Made by a program: the position numbers and the translations under genes. A model generated the notes under the pieces. The model saw only the letters and a list, made by a program, of their open reading frames with translations. It was not told the DNA's origin and ran no database searches. DNA of 60,614 nt, counting the filler, from Stramenopiles sp. TOSAG23-2 (Eukaryota), in the NCBI GenBank assembly GCA_900128395.1. It is 6 parts of 6 records of this genome, joined end to end, with 100 filler letters (N's around TTAATTAATTAA, not from the genome) between each part and the next. Parts side by side here need not be neighbours in the genome. Positions count along the whole stretch, not along the records: positions 20,305 to 30,320 come from LT650049.1; positions 30,421 to 40,429 come from LT650050.1; 4 more parts are not named here. One strand, given 5' to 3'. This document shows positions 23,627-35,600 of this stretch, piece by piece. Positions within the stretch are counted from its first letter, which is position 1; every line of letters starts with the position of its first letter.

Positions 23627-24154
23627 TTAACCTTTTTTCTTTTTCTTCTTTCCTTTCCCTCCTTTTCCACCTTTTCCACTATGTGTTTCAATTTTTGATT
23701 CAACACTAGTTATCATCACTGACTCATCATTTTCTTCATCATAATCAGCCCATTCTCCATCATCCAACTCAACATCATTGAATACAAAACCACCTAGACT
23801 TTCAATTGTAAATGGATCTTGGAATTTGAAATCAACAATGTCACATCCACGACACTCGAAAGCCACCATTGGCACAAATTCATCAACATCGCCTGCTACA
23901 TATTCATTCCTAGTTATATCTTTTAAATCTATAATAGAAATGTTACACTGCCTTTTACTTTCGGGCCATTTCATTACAAAATTTGCAACACCCCGTCCAC
24001 CTTCTACTTCATTTTCCTCATCAGGGCAGATGTAGATGTTTTCTTTACGTTCACCCTGATTTTCAAGACTAACACACCATCTCGCGCCTTCAGCAAAGCT
24101 TAATCGCGCTATCCCTTCCATTTCTACTTTGATTAATAAGACAAAAATACCCAT
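23627..24154 (-). CDS. DUF866/UPF0587 (CZIB/C1orf123-like) protein
   Basis: Size ~170 aa; GGRGVANFVMK, FECRGCDIVDF and F.DVELDDGEWADYDE...SVMI match the family. Confidence 0.85.
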   Translation of the reverse strand: MGIFVLLIKVEMEGIARLSFAEGARWCVSLENQGERKENIYICPDEENEVEGGRGVANFVMKWPESKRQCNISIIDLKDITRNEYVAGDVDEFVPMVAFECRGCDIVDFKFQDPFTIESLGGFVFNDVELDDGEWADYDEENDESVMITSVESKIETHSGKGGKGGKGKKKKKKG

Positions 24155-24418
24155 GTTTAATATGATTAATATGATTATGTATATGTGTTTTATATTGATT
24201 TGGGTATTATTTTGTGTAATACAGTAATATTTTTATTATACACGGTATTATTTATTTAAATATCAAATATTTTAATTTACTATTTTTTTTTAATGGTTGT
24301 TTTCTAGTTTGTTGTTTGTTGTTGTTGTGGTGGCCAAATTATTTTCACCAATAATCCCCCACGTTCATCTCATACATACACACACATACTACTAATAACC
24401 ACTTTCCTCTCTCTGCTT

Positions 24419-26071
24419 TTATTCATCCTCACCATGGCAACTTGGCAATGCCTCACCTGCAAATGGACCAACACCAGAGCATTCAGAACAAGTAGGAACA
24501 GGGCGATCACCGATTGTACTCCATTCACGTTTTTCTAAAAATCTATCAAGCATATCATATGATGCGCGAGGTTGATATCCAGGCATCTCGTGACCAGCAT
24601 TACGTACTACTGTGTAACAAAACCTACGATCCGTTCCAGTTGATACACATTTTGCATATCCAGCTGGATCTTCATCATGCTTACTATCAACAAACCATAC
24701 ATCTTTTTTCGTAGTTTCAAATGTTTTTTTAATAGTTGGTCCAGTTTTTGGTGCACGCACGACCAATTCGCTCAAAATGGAAAATACACCTGCTTCTGTT
24801 GTGGGTGGTCCCAGCAAAGGATCAGCTGTTGAGGAATAAATCATTAAGTCTATTTCAGAATTTGCAATTAATTCTGCATATGTCCATGATGAATTTGCAC
24901 ACCAATCACTGCTATTTACAAATGCATCGTAAATATTTAAAGCATTTTGTTCAGCACTAGATGGTTTTGGTACAGATGCAACATGAAATGCTTCTGCCGC
25001 TTCTTGTTTTTGCCAAAATATACCCATAAACTGCCAGCCAGTTGGTGAATTTCCCATCAATATATTTTCTGTATTAAATGATCCAGTTGTACGTGCAAAC
25101 CAACCCCTACCTTGCGATGGCCCAAGCCCACCATTATCATCCCATACTTGATTCCAAATATTAAATGCTTTTGGGCAGCTTTCATCAAGATATTTCACAG
25201 ATTCTTGCATTCTTGCTAATAAATCTGCACGTTCGTCCAGCATAATTACGCCCATTCCATATAATGTATTTGGATATGTTAACATTTGTGTTTTCCAGTT
25301 GATGCATGGATCACCAACAGCCAAAGCTTTAAAGTTAATTTGTTGATCGACTGGTAGTTTTTCATTATACTTCATGATTAAGTATCCAAAGTTTCCAGTG
25401 TATAGACCACCATACGACTCACCAGATATGATAAATTTATTTGATTTCAATTCAGGAAAAACTTTGTAAAATTGTAATAAAACAGACAAAGCTTGTGACA
25501 TTGCAGATTTAGAAGTATCTGTATAATCAACTTTTGATACATCTGTCACTGCTTTTCCAGTTGCACGATCTGTTTGAAATGAAAACCCAGTATTAACTGG
25601 TTGATCAATAAATAAACAATTATTCTTTGCACACCAAGAAAAGCATCTTTTATGCGGTTCAGCATCGCTTGTATTGCCACCAATATACCAATTTCCTAAC
25701 TCCGCAAAGGCACCAAACCACCCTGGGCCACCTGGACCACCTTGTAACCAAAATAATAATGGAGCTTTTGTTTCATCTTCACAATCACTACATGGTTGAT
25801 ACCAAGTGTAGATATGATTATCATAATTTGGGTTATGTTGTGCTGGAACAGTGTAATGTCCAGCATATCCATAAAATTCGTCTTTATAATTTATCGCAGT
25901 TAAATTTTTAATATCTTTAATTGTTGATTGTTTATACATACTGTTGGAATTCAAAATTTCTGTAATAAAAACTATATTTTCATTATTATTATTATTTAGC
26001 AGTGATTTTGCATTTGAAAATAAAATAATTAGAATGCAAATGGTATTTGTTACATGGAAAATTGAAGCCAT
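24419..26071 (-). CDS. Serine carboxypeptidase (S10, CPVL-like), secreted/lysosomal
   Basis: PLLFWLQGGPG, LFIDQPVNTGFS, GESYGG (catalytic Ser), VRNAGHEMP (His); signal peptide from the ATG at 26071. Confidence 0.92.
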   Translation of the reverse strand: MASIFHVTNTICILIILFSNAKSLLNNNNNENIVFITEILNSNSMYKQSTIKDIKNLTAINYKDEFYGYAGHYTVPAQHNPNYDNHIYTWYQPCSDCEDETKAPLLFWLQGGPGGPGWFGAFAELGNWYIGGNTSDAEPHKRCFSWCAKNNCLFIDQPVNTGFSFQTDRATGKAVTDVSKVDYTDTSKSAMSQALSVLLQFYKVFPELKSNKFIISGESYGGLYTGNFGYLIMKYNEKLPVDQQINFKALAVGDPCINWKTQMLTYPNTLYGMGVIMLDERADLLARMQESVKYLDESCPKAFNIWNQVWDDNGGLGPSQGRGWFARTTGSFNTENILMGNSPTGWQFMGIFWQKQEAAEAFHVASVPKPSSAEQNALNIYDAFVNSSDWCANSSWTYAELIANSEIDLMIYSSTADPLLGPPTTEAGVFSILSELVVRAPKTGPTIKKTFETTKKDVWFVDSKHDEDPAGYAKCVSTGTDRRFCYTVVRNAGHEMPGYQPRASYDMLDRFLEKREWSTIGDRPVPTCSECSGVGPFAGEALPSCHGEDE

Positions 26072-26420
26072 GTTTTTTGGAGAGAAGAAGAAAATATGTG
26101 TAGTTGATAACGACAATGGTGTGATAAGTTTCTTTATATCTATATTACTACAATATTTTTCCAACGTATCTTCTATATTTGTTGTTGCCTGCAATCCCTT
26201 TTCCCTTCAAGCATATTCTTACTATATTTATACACTTCTTCTTCTTCCTCTCTTCTTTCATTCAAAATTCAAAAAAAAAAAAATGTATTATTTATTATTA
26301 TTTATTATTAAATATAATAATAATAATAATAAAAACTATAATAATAATATATTTTCATAATAGAAGAGTTATATAATAAATTGAAAACATATTAATTGTA
26401 ATGATAATTGGAATGACAAG

Positions 26421-27665
26421 ATGATACAATCTAAGAAAAAGATAATGAATAAATTATTACAAAAACAAGTAACATTAAAGAAACGAATATGTGGTACATT
26501 TTTTGCTCGAAATATTACTAATAGCATGTCATCATCTAGTGATGGTAGTCAAGTAATGGAAAACAATATTGAAAATAATAATAATAATTTATATACAATT
26601 GATTTTCGTAGTGATACTGTAACAAAACCAACAAAACAAATGAGAGAAGCTATGGCAAATGCAATTGTTGGAGATGATGTGTTTGGCGACGATCCGACTG
26701 TAAAGTTACTAGAAGATAGGACTGCAGCTTTATTAGGAAAAGAAGCTGCGATTTTTACACCAAGTGGTGTTATGGCAAATCAAATTGCATTAGGTATACA
26801 CTGTTCAAGACCTGGAACTGCAACTATCTGTGGAACAAAATCACATATATATTGCTATGAAACTGGTGGTGCATCACAATTATGGGGCATCACTTTGGAT
26901 ACTATTCAAAATGAAAAGAATGGACAATTATCTTTATCGAAAATTGAAGAACATATACGAGAAATTGATCCCCATCAGCCTTTAACAACAACAATAGCTT
27001 TAGAACAAACACAAAATAAATGTGGTGGAACAACGTTAGGTGATACTATTGATGAAGTGCAAAATTATATGTCAGCAGTCAAAGATATCTGTAATGAATA
27101 TGGGTTTAGGTTTCATGTTGATGGTGCTAGAATATTAAATGCAGCTGTTAAATTAAGTGTCAATCCAAAAGAATTAGTTTTACCTTGTGATACTGTTAGC
27201 ATGTGTTTGTCCAAAGGTGTTGGTGCACCTGTTGGTAGTATATTAGCTGGATCATATGAGATGATAGAAGAGGGAAAACGTATGCGTAAATTATTAGGTG
27301 GTGGGCTACGTCAAAGTGGTGTTTTATGCTCGGCAGCATTGGTGGGATTGGATTTATATGAAGATCAATTTAGCAACGACCATGTAAATGCATATAAATT
27401 AGCGATTGGGTTAAATAGCATTGATGGCATTGATGTTGATATGGACATGGTACAAACTAATTTAGTTTTTGCAAATATATCAAAAGATTGTATAGATACT
27501 GATTTTTTAAAGGATAAATTACTTGATGAATACAACATATTAATTGCTGGAGATAAATATAATGGTAAGCATCCAACAACACAAAATGTTAGGTTTGTTA
27601 CTCATCGTGGTATTAGAAATGAAGATATTGATGCTGTTGTTGATAAAATCAAATCGTTAGTATAA
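26421..27665 (+). CDS. GLY1: Low-specificity L-threonine aldolase (PLP-dependent), possible mitochondrial presequence
   Basis: [42 protein letters not shown] (PLP Lys), [12 protein letters not shown]; basic N-terminal extension. Confidence 0.93.
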   Translation: MIQSKKKIMNKLLQKQVTLKKRICGTFFARNITNSMSSSSDGSQVMENNIENNNNNLYTIDFRSDTVTKPTKQMREAMANAIVGDDVFGDDPTVKLLEDRTAALLGKEAAIFTPSGVMANQIALGIHCSRPGTATICGTKSHIYCYETGGASQLWGITLDTIQNEKNGQLSLSKIEEHIREIDPHQPLTTTIALEQTQNKCGGTTLGDTIDEVQNYMSAVKDICNEYGFRFHVDGARILNAAVKLSVNPKELVLPCDTVSMCLSKGVGAPVGSILAGSYEMIEEGKRMRKLLGGGLRQSGVLCSAALVGLDLYEDQFSNDHVNAYKLAIGLNSIDGIDVDMDMVQTNLVFANISKDCIDTDFLKDKLLDEYNILIAGDKYNGKHPTTQNVRFVTHRGIRNEDIDAVVDKIKSLV

Positions 27666-27968
27666 CACAGAGATGATGCATGGTGTGTATTACGAGAAGA
27701 GTGTAATAAAAATGTAAAAAATATCTTTTTCTCTCTATTTATTTTACGTATTCGTATTCGTATTTATTAATAATGTACTAACTATTTTATTTTTGTAATT
27801 TATTAAATTAATATTTAAAACATATTTTATTATAAATATCAAATTATTTTTTAATATCTATATAGCCTCTTACTCTCTACGTACTTCGTACCGAATATGT
27901 ACTACACAACCCCTCTGAAGATAACACACCGCACACACACACACACAAATTGTTCTACACCCTAAACA

Positions 27969-30014
27969 CTACAATGTAACATTCGTACCCGTCGCTGTCG
28001 TATTAATTAAATCGGTACATGGGTTTGCGCTTAAATTATGAAGTGTAAAGGCAAAATATGGATTTTGAGATACATGTATTGCAATCATTATCATCGAATA
28101 TAAAATTGTATCACCTGATTTATATACATGGGATAATACATTTAATGGATCAGTTATATATGTTTTTTCTTCACCTTCATCGTATTCTAATTTTTTTGCG
28201 CCTTCAACCAATGGTTTTGGTATTCGTTGTGAAAACTTTCGAGGAAACTTGGATTCATATTGTGAAATTATTACACAGTATATACATTGCAAAATGCTCC
28301 AAACTACAACGTACAATATCGTATTCCATTGGAATCCTTTGAAGTAATGATTAAAACTACTTGCATTATACGTCATTGTACAAAATATATAAGCAACAAG
28401 AAATTGCAAAACACCACTAAAAATATTAATAAAATCAAAATAATTGTACAAACAAGCTTGATCTAAACATGTTTTATAACTACGATATGGCACTAAAGGC
28501 CAACAATTACCAACATACCACTCCATAAATTTATAATAACGTGGTGAACGAAGTAAAATTTGAAAACCAATTACAAAGGCCATGCTGACTATTGACATGG
28601 AAAGATATTCCAACCAATTGGTGATCTGTACAAATAATGGGATATAAAAAGCACGTCTTACAAACGAAAAATAAAACATTACGCGTGTTGATAATCGATA
28701 AAATTTAAAATCATCAAATCTACGATTGTGCTCACCGGTCAATACACCTGGCGTAACCGTTGTTATTTGTGCAACATCTACAATATCTGCGCATAAGCAT
28801 CCTAACCATTCAAACAATATTATAATGCTATGATAAACAATTGTTTGGTATCCTTTTGTTATAGGATCATGAGATGCTGATGCAAACCATGCAATAAATA
28901 CTGTCAATGACCAATATGTCACGCCACATATAAAGATAACAAGCATAGTCATGCCCAGTTGCCATTTCTTTTGCATCGTAAAATCATCGGAGATCTTTTC
29001 CAATTTCTGAGCTATTTCTAATCTAACCTTCGTGCTTAGCTCTAATATTAATTTTTCTTTTTCTACTACAGATGCCTCGATCACCTCCTCCTCACCACTT
29101 TTATCGACATCAGTAATTTTTGCCTCCTCGTGAGCTTTTACTTCTGCAATATGGTGATCAACAATTTTCTCGTGCATATGCCTGCAAAATGCAGATGCTA
29201 CGTCATGTAATTGCCCATGAAAATGTTCAGCTTTACTAATCTTATTGGATGTATGCTCATATAATGCTTTATAACTTTTAGCAGATTGTACAACTTTATG
29301 CGTCTCTCTAGATGCTTTAGTAATCATTTTAAATAATACCACTGTAACCCATATAAAACTAAGACCGATTCCTAATGCAGCAAATGAATCCCATGCAGCA
29401 GCAGCTAATACGCAATTTTCAAAAAAAAATGAACCAACGACTAAACCGCTCACCCATGCAATCACAATAACAGAAGCTGCAACAAATATTGCTATTGCAA
29501 GCTGGTGTAACTTACTCAAAGGCATAATTGAGTTAAAAAATTGGGTAAAGCATAACGATTGGAATATTGCATATACACTAACATATATTACATACATTCC
29601 TATATTTTGCTCATTCCATTTTTCATATCCCCATGGATTTAATGGTATTGCTAACCATAAAGCTGTAACTACAGCTGGGAGAACTATTATGAGCGTGTTT
29701 GACTTTGCATCTTGATGGGACCATAATTGTATTTTTGTAGGTAAGACAGTCAAATCATCAAGTGATTGATAAGCTGCCATGACACGCTTCGTATCTTCAG
29801 ATATTGCTTCCGATTTTGTTACGCTTTGACTTAACTTGCTCCATCTTTCTTTTCCTGAGGAGCTTGTGCGTTTTAGTGATGTCACGTTGTTTGGTGTTTG
29901 AATTAATTCTACTTCTACTGAAGTTGACTCCGCAACGATGCCATCTTTATCTAATATATTTTGTTTTGCCTCTTCTTTTAGTTTATTAGTAGAGTTTGAG
30001 GAATTATCAGCCAT
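27969..30014 (-). CDS. Hypothetical polytopic membrane protein (681 aa, roughly 10-12 TM in two blocks around a soluble loop)
   Basis: Long ORF with many hydrophobic segments; no family recognised. Confidence 0.75.
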   Translation of the reverse strand: MADNSSNSTNKLKEEAKQNILDKDGIVAESTSVEVELIQTPNNVTSLKRTSSSGKERWSKLSQSVTKSEAISEDTKRVMAAYQSLDDLTVLPTKIQLWSHQDAKSNTLIIVLPAVVTALWLAIPLNPWGYEKWNEQNIGMYVIYVSVYAIFQSLCFTQFFNSIMPLSKLHQLAIAIFVAASVIVIAWVSGLVVGSFFFENCVLAAAAWDSFAALGIGLSFIWVTVVLFKMITKASRETHKVVQSAKSYKALYEHTSNKISKAEHFHGQLHDVASAFCRHMHEKIVDHHIAEVKAHEEAKITDVDKSGEEEVIEASVVEKEKLILELSTKVRLEIAQKLEKISDDFTMQKKWQLGMTMLVIFICGVTYWSLTVFIAWFASASHDPITKGYQTIVYHSIIILFEWLGCLCADIVDVAQITTVTPGVLTGEHNRRFDDFKFYRLSTRVMFYFSFVRRAFYIPLFVQITNWLEYLSMSIVSMAFVIGFQILLRSPRYYKFMEWYVGNCWPLVPYRSYKTCLDQACLYNYFDFINIFSGVLQFLVAYIFCTMTYNASSFNHYFKGFQWNTILYVVVWSILQCIYCVIISQYESKFPRKFSQRIPKPLVEGAKKLEYDEGEEKTYITDPLNVLSHVYKSGDTILYSMIMIAIHVSQNPYFAFTLHNLSANPCTDLINTTATGTNVTL

Positions 30015-30320
30015 TATTATATTTATTTAATTATATTCTAAATAGAAATATACTGATAATAATGATGCAAATATATATATATATATATACAACTATAGTT
30101 TTCAATAATATCAGTTAAAACAAACTATATCCACTGATTTAATTATTATAATTATATACCGCCGTGCATGTATATAATGTATACAGTATGAATATTTAGA
30201 CGTGCCTCTGATGTAAATATCTCTCTCATGATTATGATTAGCTATCAATCCAGGCCCAATATTAATATTAAGGCGGATTACGTCCTTTCAGTTAAAATCT
30301 GTGGTATTCCAGTGTACATA

Positions 30321-30420
30321 NNNNNNNNNNNNNNNNNNNNNNNNNNNNNNNNNNNNNNNNNNNNTTAATTAATTAANNNNNNNNNNNNNNNNNNNNNNNN
30401 NNNNNNNNNNNNNNNNNNNN
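30321..30420. other. Artificial contig-joining spacer
   Basis: N44-TTAATTAATTAA-N44. Confidence 0.98.
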
Positions 30421-30906
30421 ATAAGCACAAGTAGGTCTGAATCCAGTATAACACACTCGATGAAAGTGGTGTGAATAGTCCATAGGTTTTCCAAAGTTTG
30501 GTGGTTTTGAATTCCCCAGGAGTGGATTCATAGCAACCATTGTCTTGGGTGACAATAGGTTGTGGTTGCAATGCACAAAATTATCACGAGTTTGTAACGT
30601 TGGCAAGTGATGAATCTTGGGTTTTTGCTCCCTGATGTTTTGTTGGTTAGACTGCACGAGTATCATAATATATATATGATAAAAAGAAAGGAAAAAAAGG
30701 TGTTTTTTTTTAATAATACGACGTCGTACTCGTATATTTTTTTTTAGTTCATTTTTAATCTTTTTAGTTCTATAGAAGTTCTACGTACTAAAAACATTTT
30801 TTTACTCATATATTTTGTATTTTTAAAAAAATTAAAAATACAGTTTTGATCCTCCTTGATCTCTCCCCTCTGTCCTCTGTTCTTCTGTTCTTCTCCCTTC
30901 TTTCTC

Positions 30907-31044
30907 TTTGGTCTCTCCTTGATCCTTTGACTCTTCACTCCCCCTCTATAAAATCTAAAATCTCTACATTCGTAGTTTGGTCTCTCCTTGATCCTTTGAC
31001 TCTTCACTCCCCCTCTATAAAATCTAAAATCTCTACATTCGTAG
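30907..31044. repeat. Perfect tandem duplication, 2 x 69 bp
   Basis: TTTGGTCTCTCCTTGATCC...CTCTACATTCGTAG at 30907-30975 and 30976-31044, identical. Confidence 0.95.
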
Positions 31045-31124
31045 CATTTTAGTATATACATATCTCAAATATGCTTCTCTATCTCTCACCCTAACCCCCC
31101 TCCCACTCTCTTTACTGGGACTCT

Positions 31125-32618
31125 TTACTTCCTTTTTAACAAATTGACCATGGATCCCATGCTACTACCACGTCGAATCATACTTGATCTACGTTTTAAA
31201 CTTTTTAATTGATCGTTTTGACTACTGATTTGTTGTTCCAACATCGATACTTTCATTTTATAATCATCTAATTCACTTGTTAATGTCGCTGCTTCAATTT
31301 GACTCGTCCGTAATCGTCCTTCTAATGGTTCTAATAATTTTAACTTTGTTTCCAATTGACCACACACTTTCAATGCTTGTGATAATTCACCACTTACACC
31401 ATTGTACATTTTGTGAAGTCCAGTTAATTCTTTATCTAACTTATTTGCTTTATTATGTGTAACTGTATACCTTGCATCTAAATCAACATACATGGAATTT
31501 AATTTATTATATTCTTCCAATGAATCACTTGCTGCATCTTGCATATAAACTACACGTTTATTCATAAGTGTATTCCGTTTATCGTGTTCCTCTAATTCAA
31601 CACGTAAACTTGCAACTTTTTCTTGACTTTCTTTTAACATTTTTTTATATATATTGACTTGCTCATGTTCTTTTCTAATTTTTTCTTGCAATGTTTCATT
31701 TGTATTTAATAAATGATCATTTGTATCTTCTAATTGTTTTGCCATATCAAAATAAAATCTTGGTTCCATTACAAATGGTTTGTTGTTATTACTCGTTTTC
31801 TTTTCTCCAGCAGCAACGTTTCCATCTTCCATTAATTCTTCCTTTGGTGATGGTCCAAAATATCTATTTGAATATAAACCATTTTTAATTGTATCAACAA
31901 TAATTTCTAATTGTTCTTGTTCGTTCCTATTTAAACGTGGATGTTGACATAATTTTTCAATCGTTGCAACACATAATGCAACACGTCTTGTATTTGGCCA
32001 CATTTTTTGATTTGGTTCATTTTGTTGATTTATTCTTGCTTTATGATCATCGCCATCACCAACAGCTCCAGGTGGTCGCTGTAAACATAATGTAGCAGCC
32101 TCACTTAAAGCAACTGCAACATCTATACCGTTTGATCTATATTTTAAAGTTGTATTTTTCATTCCTGCTAATATTTGTCGTTCACGTTCATCTATCCGTT
32201 GTTTTGGGGAAAATATTGGTTGTGATTCTTGTAATTTTTGTTGTTGTTCCATGATGATAGATTCCATTTCTTTTTTTATGGATTGGTTTAATTTATGATT
32301 TAATTCATCATGTATTCCATATCGAGAAGGATAGATAGGACCAATATTTGTTCGTAACGATGGTGTTGTATATGTTGCTAAATTAGGTATTGTATTTGTA
32401 CCTTTAATAGCATTTAATGTTCTATTGTTGGAATAATGTGTACGTTCCATACGTTGTCTTGGTGCGGAGAAAGGCCTCATTTTCTTCATCGTTGATTTAT
32501 GCCCTTTTAACCCTAATACTTGCAACGATGCACGTTGTTTTTTACGTAATTTATTGATTTTCTTCATTTCCGCACTGTACATATCTAAATCTTTTGTACG
32601 TGGTATACGAAAAGCCAT
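31125..32618 (-). CDS. Coiled-coil protein (497 aa), weakly TSNAXIP1-N-like
   Basis: Long ORF with AAACATGG start context and a C-terminal heptad region. PNTRRVALCVATIEKL...IKNGLYS loosely resembles protist TSNAXIP1-type flagellar proteins (low certainty). Confidence 0.65.
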   Translation of the reverse strand: MAFRIPRTKDLDMYSAEMKKINKLRKKQRASLQVLGLKGHKSTMKKMRPFSAPRQRMERTHYSNNRTLNAIKGTNTIPNLATYTTPSLRTNIGPIYPSRYGIHDELNHKLNQSIKKEMESIIMEQQQKLQESQPIFSPKQRIDERERQILAGMKNTTLKYRSNGIDVAVALSEAATLCLQRPPGAVGDGDDHKARINQQNEPNQKMWPNTRRVALCVATIEKLCQHPRLNRNEQEQLEIIVDTIKNGLYSNRYFGPSPKEELMEDGNVAAGEKKTSNNNKPFVMEPRFYFDMAKQLEDTNDHLLNTNETLQEKIRKEHEQVNIYKKMLKESQEKVASLRVELEEHDKRNTLMNKRVVYMQDAASDSLEEYNKLNSMYVDLDARYTVTHNKANKLDKELTGLHKMYNGVSGELSQALKVCGQLETKLKLLEPLEGRLRTSQIEAATLTSELDDYKMKVSMLEQQISSQNDQLKSLKRRSSMIRRGSSMGSMVNLLKRK

Positions 32619-35600
32619 GTTTATTACTCCATTTTAATGGTAAATACCCTTCATTTCCTAAACGTAATACTAAATTAACCACTTCTTCCCTACGCATACC
32701 AATGCCATTTGTTGCTAAATAGGCATCATTAAATGCTTTTTCTAATTTTTTTTCTTGTGTTACACTAAATTTATCATCGCCATATACTTCTACGGTTGGA
32801 TCTGCCATTGGTTTTGGTTTTGGATAATAACGTTGATTTGTATCGACTTTAAATTCATATCCTTTTGCACCACTTTTGTACATTTGTATTGGACTGGATT
32901 GAATACCATATATTTTATTTATATCTTCAGGATTAACAAGACGATTTATAATAGTATTATCTGTATTTTCCATAATAAACATATGTTCAAACTTTGTTTC
33001 CCCTTCAATCGTTTCACGACATAATTTATTAAATGCATGTATGGATCGACATTCATCACGTAAACGTATATCAATCATCGTACCTATATTATTATATACG
33101 GTTTCACCATATTGCAATATCGATGCACCTTCCCGTTTACATACATCAATTAAACGTTGTATACGTTTCAAAAATTGTGTTTCTTCATATTTTAATACAT
33201 TTGATAAATCATCATCATAAACCATTTCTTCATCTGGTTTAAATTCAGGTGGCGGTGTACTAGCAGCACCACCTTTGCCTTTTTTTCCTTTTGCATCACC
33301 ACCATCATTTAAACCTGCAACTTCCTCATCATATTTAGCTAATTGATCTAAAAACGATTGCTCATATGCTTTTTTAACATTTGTTCGACGTACAGTTTCT
33401 TTCTCTTGGCATGAAGTAACATAATTTTGAATCAACTCAATATTTGTATCTAAAATGGTATATGGTGCAAATTCTTCGCCATCCTCCTCTCCTGATGCAT
33501 CTTTCCCTTTCCCTTTACCTTTTGCTTTTGGATCATCCGCTTCTTCTGTTACCTCACCACCAAATGCAGTTGTTAATGTTGGTACAATTGGTAAAATTGG
33601 TTCATCCCCATCATTTTCTACATCATATTTTGTATATGGAACATTTAATACTTTCGTACTTGTATCAATTAAAAAACGACGATTACGATAAAATTTCTCC
33701 ATTTCAATTTGCATCATAATAGTAACTTCATTTACTAAGGATGCTACATGTTCTTCTAACATTTTATTTGCACGAATCGATACAAGCGTTTCCTTTGCAT
33801 CGGTTTCCTTTGTTTCTACTATTTCATTTAACTTATCAATACATTCGCGTACACGTTGATGCAATTCACTTTTTACATCATCATCATATCTAAAATCTTC
33901 CGTAACAGTATTGTTAACATTAACTTGCAAATCTAATATATGCATGTTTTTATCATCTGCACGACTTAAATAGGTTTGGAAATCCGTACGTACTTGTTTA
34001 ATATAATTTAAAATTTCCATACGTTGTTTCGATAAAAATGCCATGCTATTCATGGTTGGTTTTGTATATGCCTCTACTAAAGTATCCCAATACTTTAACA
34101 ATCCTGTTGCATTTTTAGGATCAATATTCTTACTTTCATCGCTAAAATTGATTGGTGGCAATTCGACATATGTTGGTGGTGGTGGTGGCTCCGTTGCTGG
34201 TGGTTCTGGTGCATTTTCTCTTGCTGGTTGTATAATTGTTTCATCTACTACTGCACGAAGTTGTTTCAATGTTACATTAAACATCTCCTCTGTAACTTCA
34301 GGCATATCTTCCAAATCCTCATCACTGGTACTTGGATTATTGATATAATTTAAAATTTGAGAAATAAATTCTTGTTGTGAAACAGGTGCTGATTCAATCG
34401 ATGGTTCTGGTGTTTTTCCTTTCTTCCCTTTCTTTGCCTTTGGATCTTCCTCAACAGCTTCCATTTCCCCTAAATTAAACAACTTTGGTAACGTTGGTTT
34501 TGGTGCAATTTCTACTTTGTCTTCTTCCCCTTCTTCTGCTTCATCTAATGCTTGTTTTTCTTGTTGTATTAATGCTTCACGTTCCTCCATCAATGCTTTT
34601 ACTTGTGTGTTATACGTAGTCAATACAGTTTGCATTCCAACTGAATCACACGGACATGTAACATGATCAATATCTGCCGGGCCTTTACTCCATGTTTCAT
34701 ATAACATTCCTACTTGATAATCTTTACCACTGTACAATGCATTTGCAACACGTTTTATACAAGACAATAAATGTGCATAGGAAGATGCGACAATTACATC
34801 TTGACCACAAACAGTCATTATATTTTCCGTGAATTCACCTTCTTTAATTTCATTAAATTGTGTTGCACTACTATCATCCGTCAATAAATTAGATGCATTT
34901 AATGTATTTTCATAATTTTTCGACAATACACCAAATACTTTTGTTTTTAAATTAGGCTTATCGTTGTATAAATTTGTAATGTTCGCAACTTCCTCATCAT
35001 TTTTATCTGCTTGCGCGTTTACAATATCATCATAACGTTTTTTCAATTCTTCTTGCAATGTAGATAAGACTTGTAAAAAGTCTTTATTTGTGAATATACT
35101 ATCTGCACCAATATTATTACGTTTGATGTCATAAATTTCATTATACAAATCACAGGCACGACGTTTACGTAGGTCTTTCGTTAACTCTGATTTTTTCTCC
35201 ATGTCTTCCTTTGCTTTTGTATTTAAATATTCTTCCATAGGTTCCGATAAACGTGCAAATAATGCATCTGGTCCTAACTGTCCACCACCTTGTGGTAAAA
35301 ACGGATTGATATTTCTTAAAATATTAAAACTTTCAAACCATTTTTTCAACTGTGGAAATTGTTCTTGGTATGCACTAAATGTTGGTGCAAGCGTGGCACG
35401 CCATTTATTCATATCGTCCGTATCTTGTAAACGCATTTTGATTGGATTTTCACTACCGGGTGGATTGAATTCAACATGGTATTCAATAGATTCATCCAAT
35501 GGGTCGATTCTACGACCTAATGCACGTCGAAACAACGTATCCATCGGCGCATCGATATTCAATACCATATTGATACCACTTTTACCATATAAATGAGTTG

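Noticed and set aside
30421-30666. GC-richer contig-end segment as a retroelement fragment
   Set aside because: Short ORFs only, with no convincing RT, integrase or gag motif.
30744-31061. 105-aa ORF with a repeated 23-aa peptide
   Set aside because: A by-product of the 69-bp duplication and the CT-rich tract; no other coding evidence.
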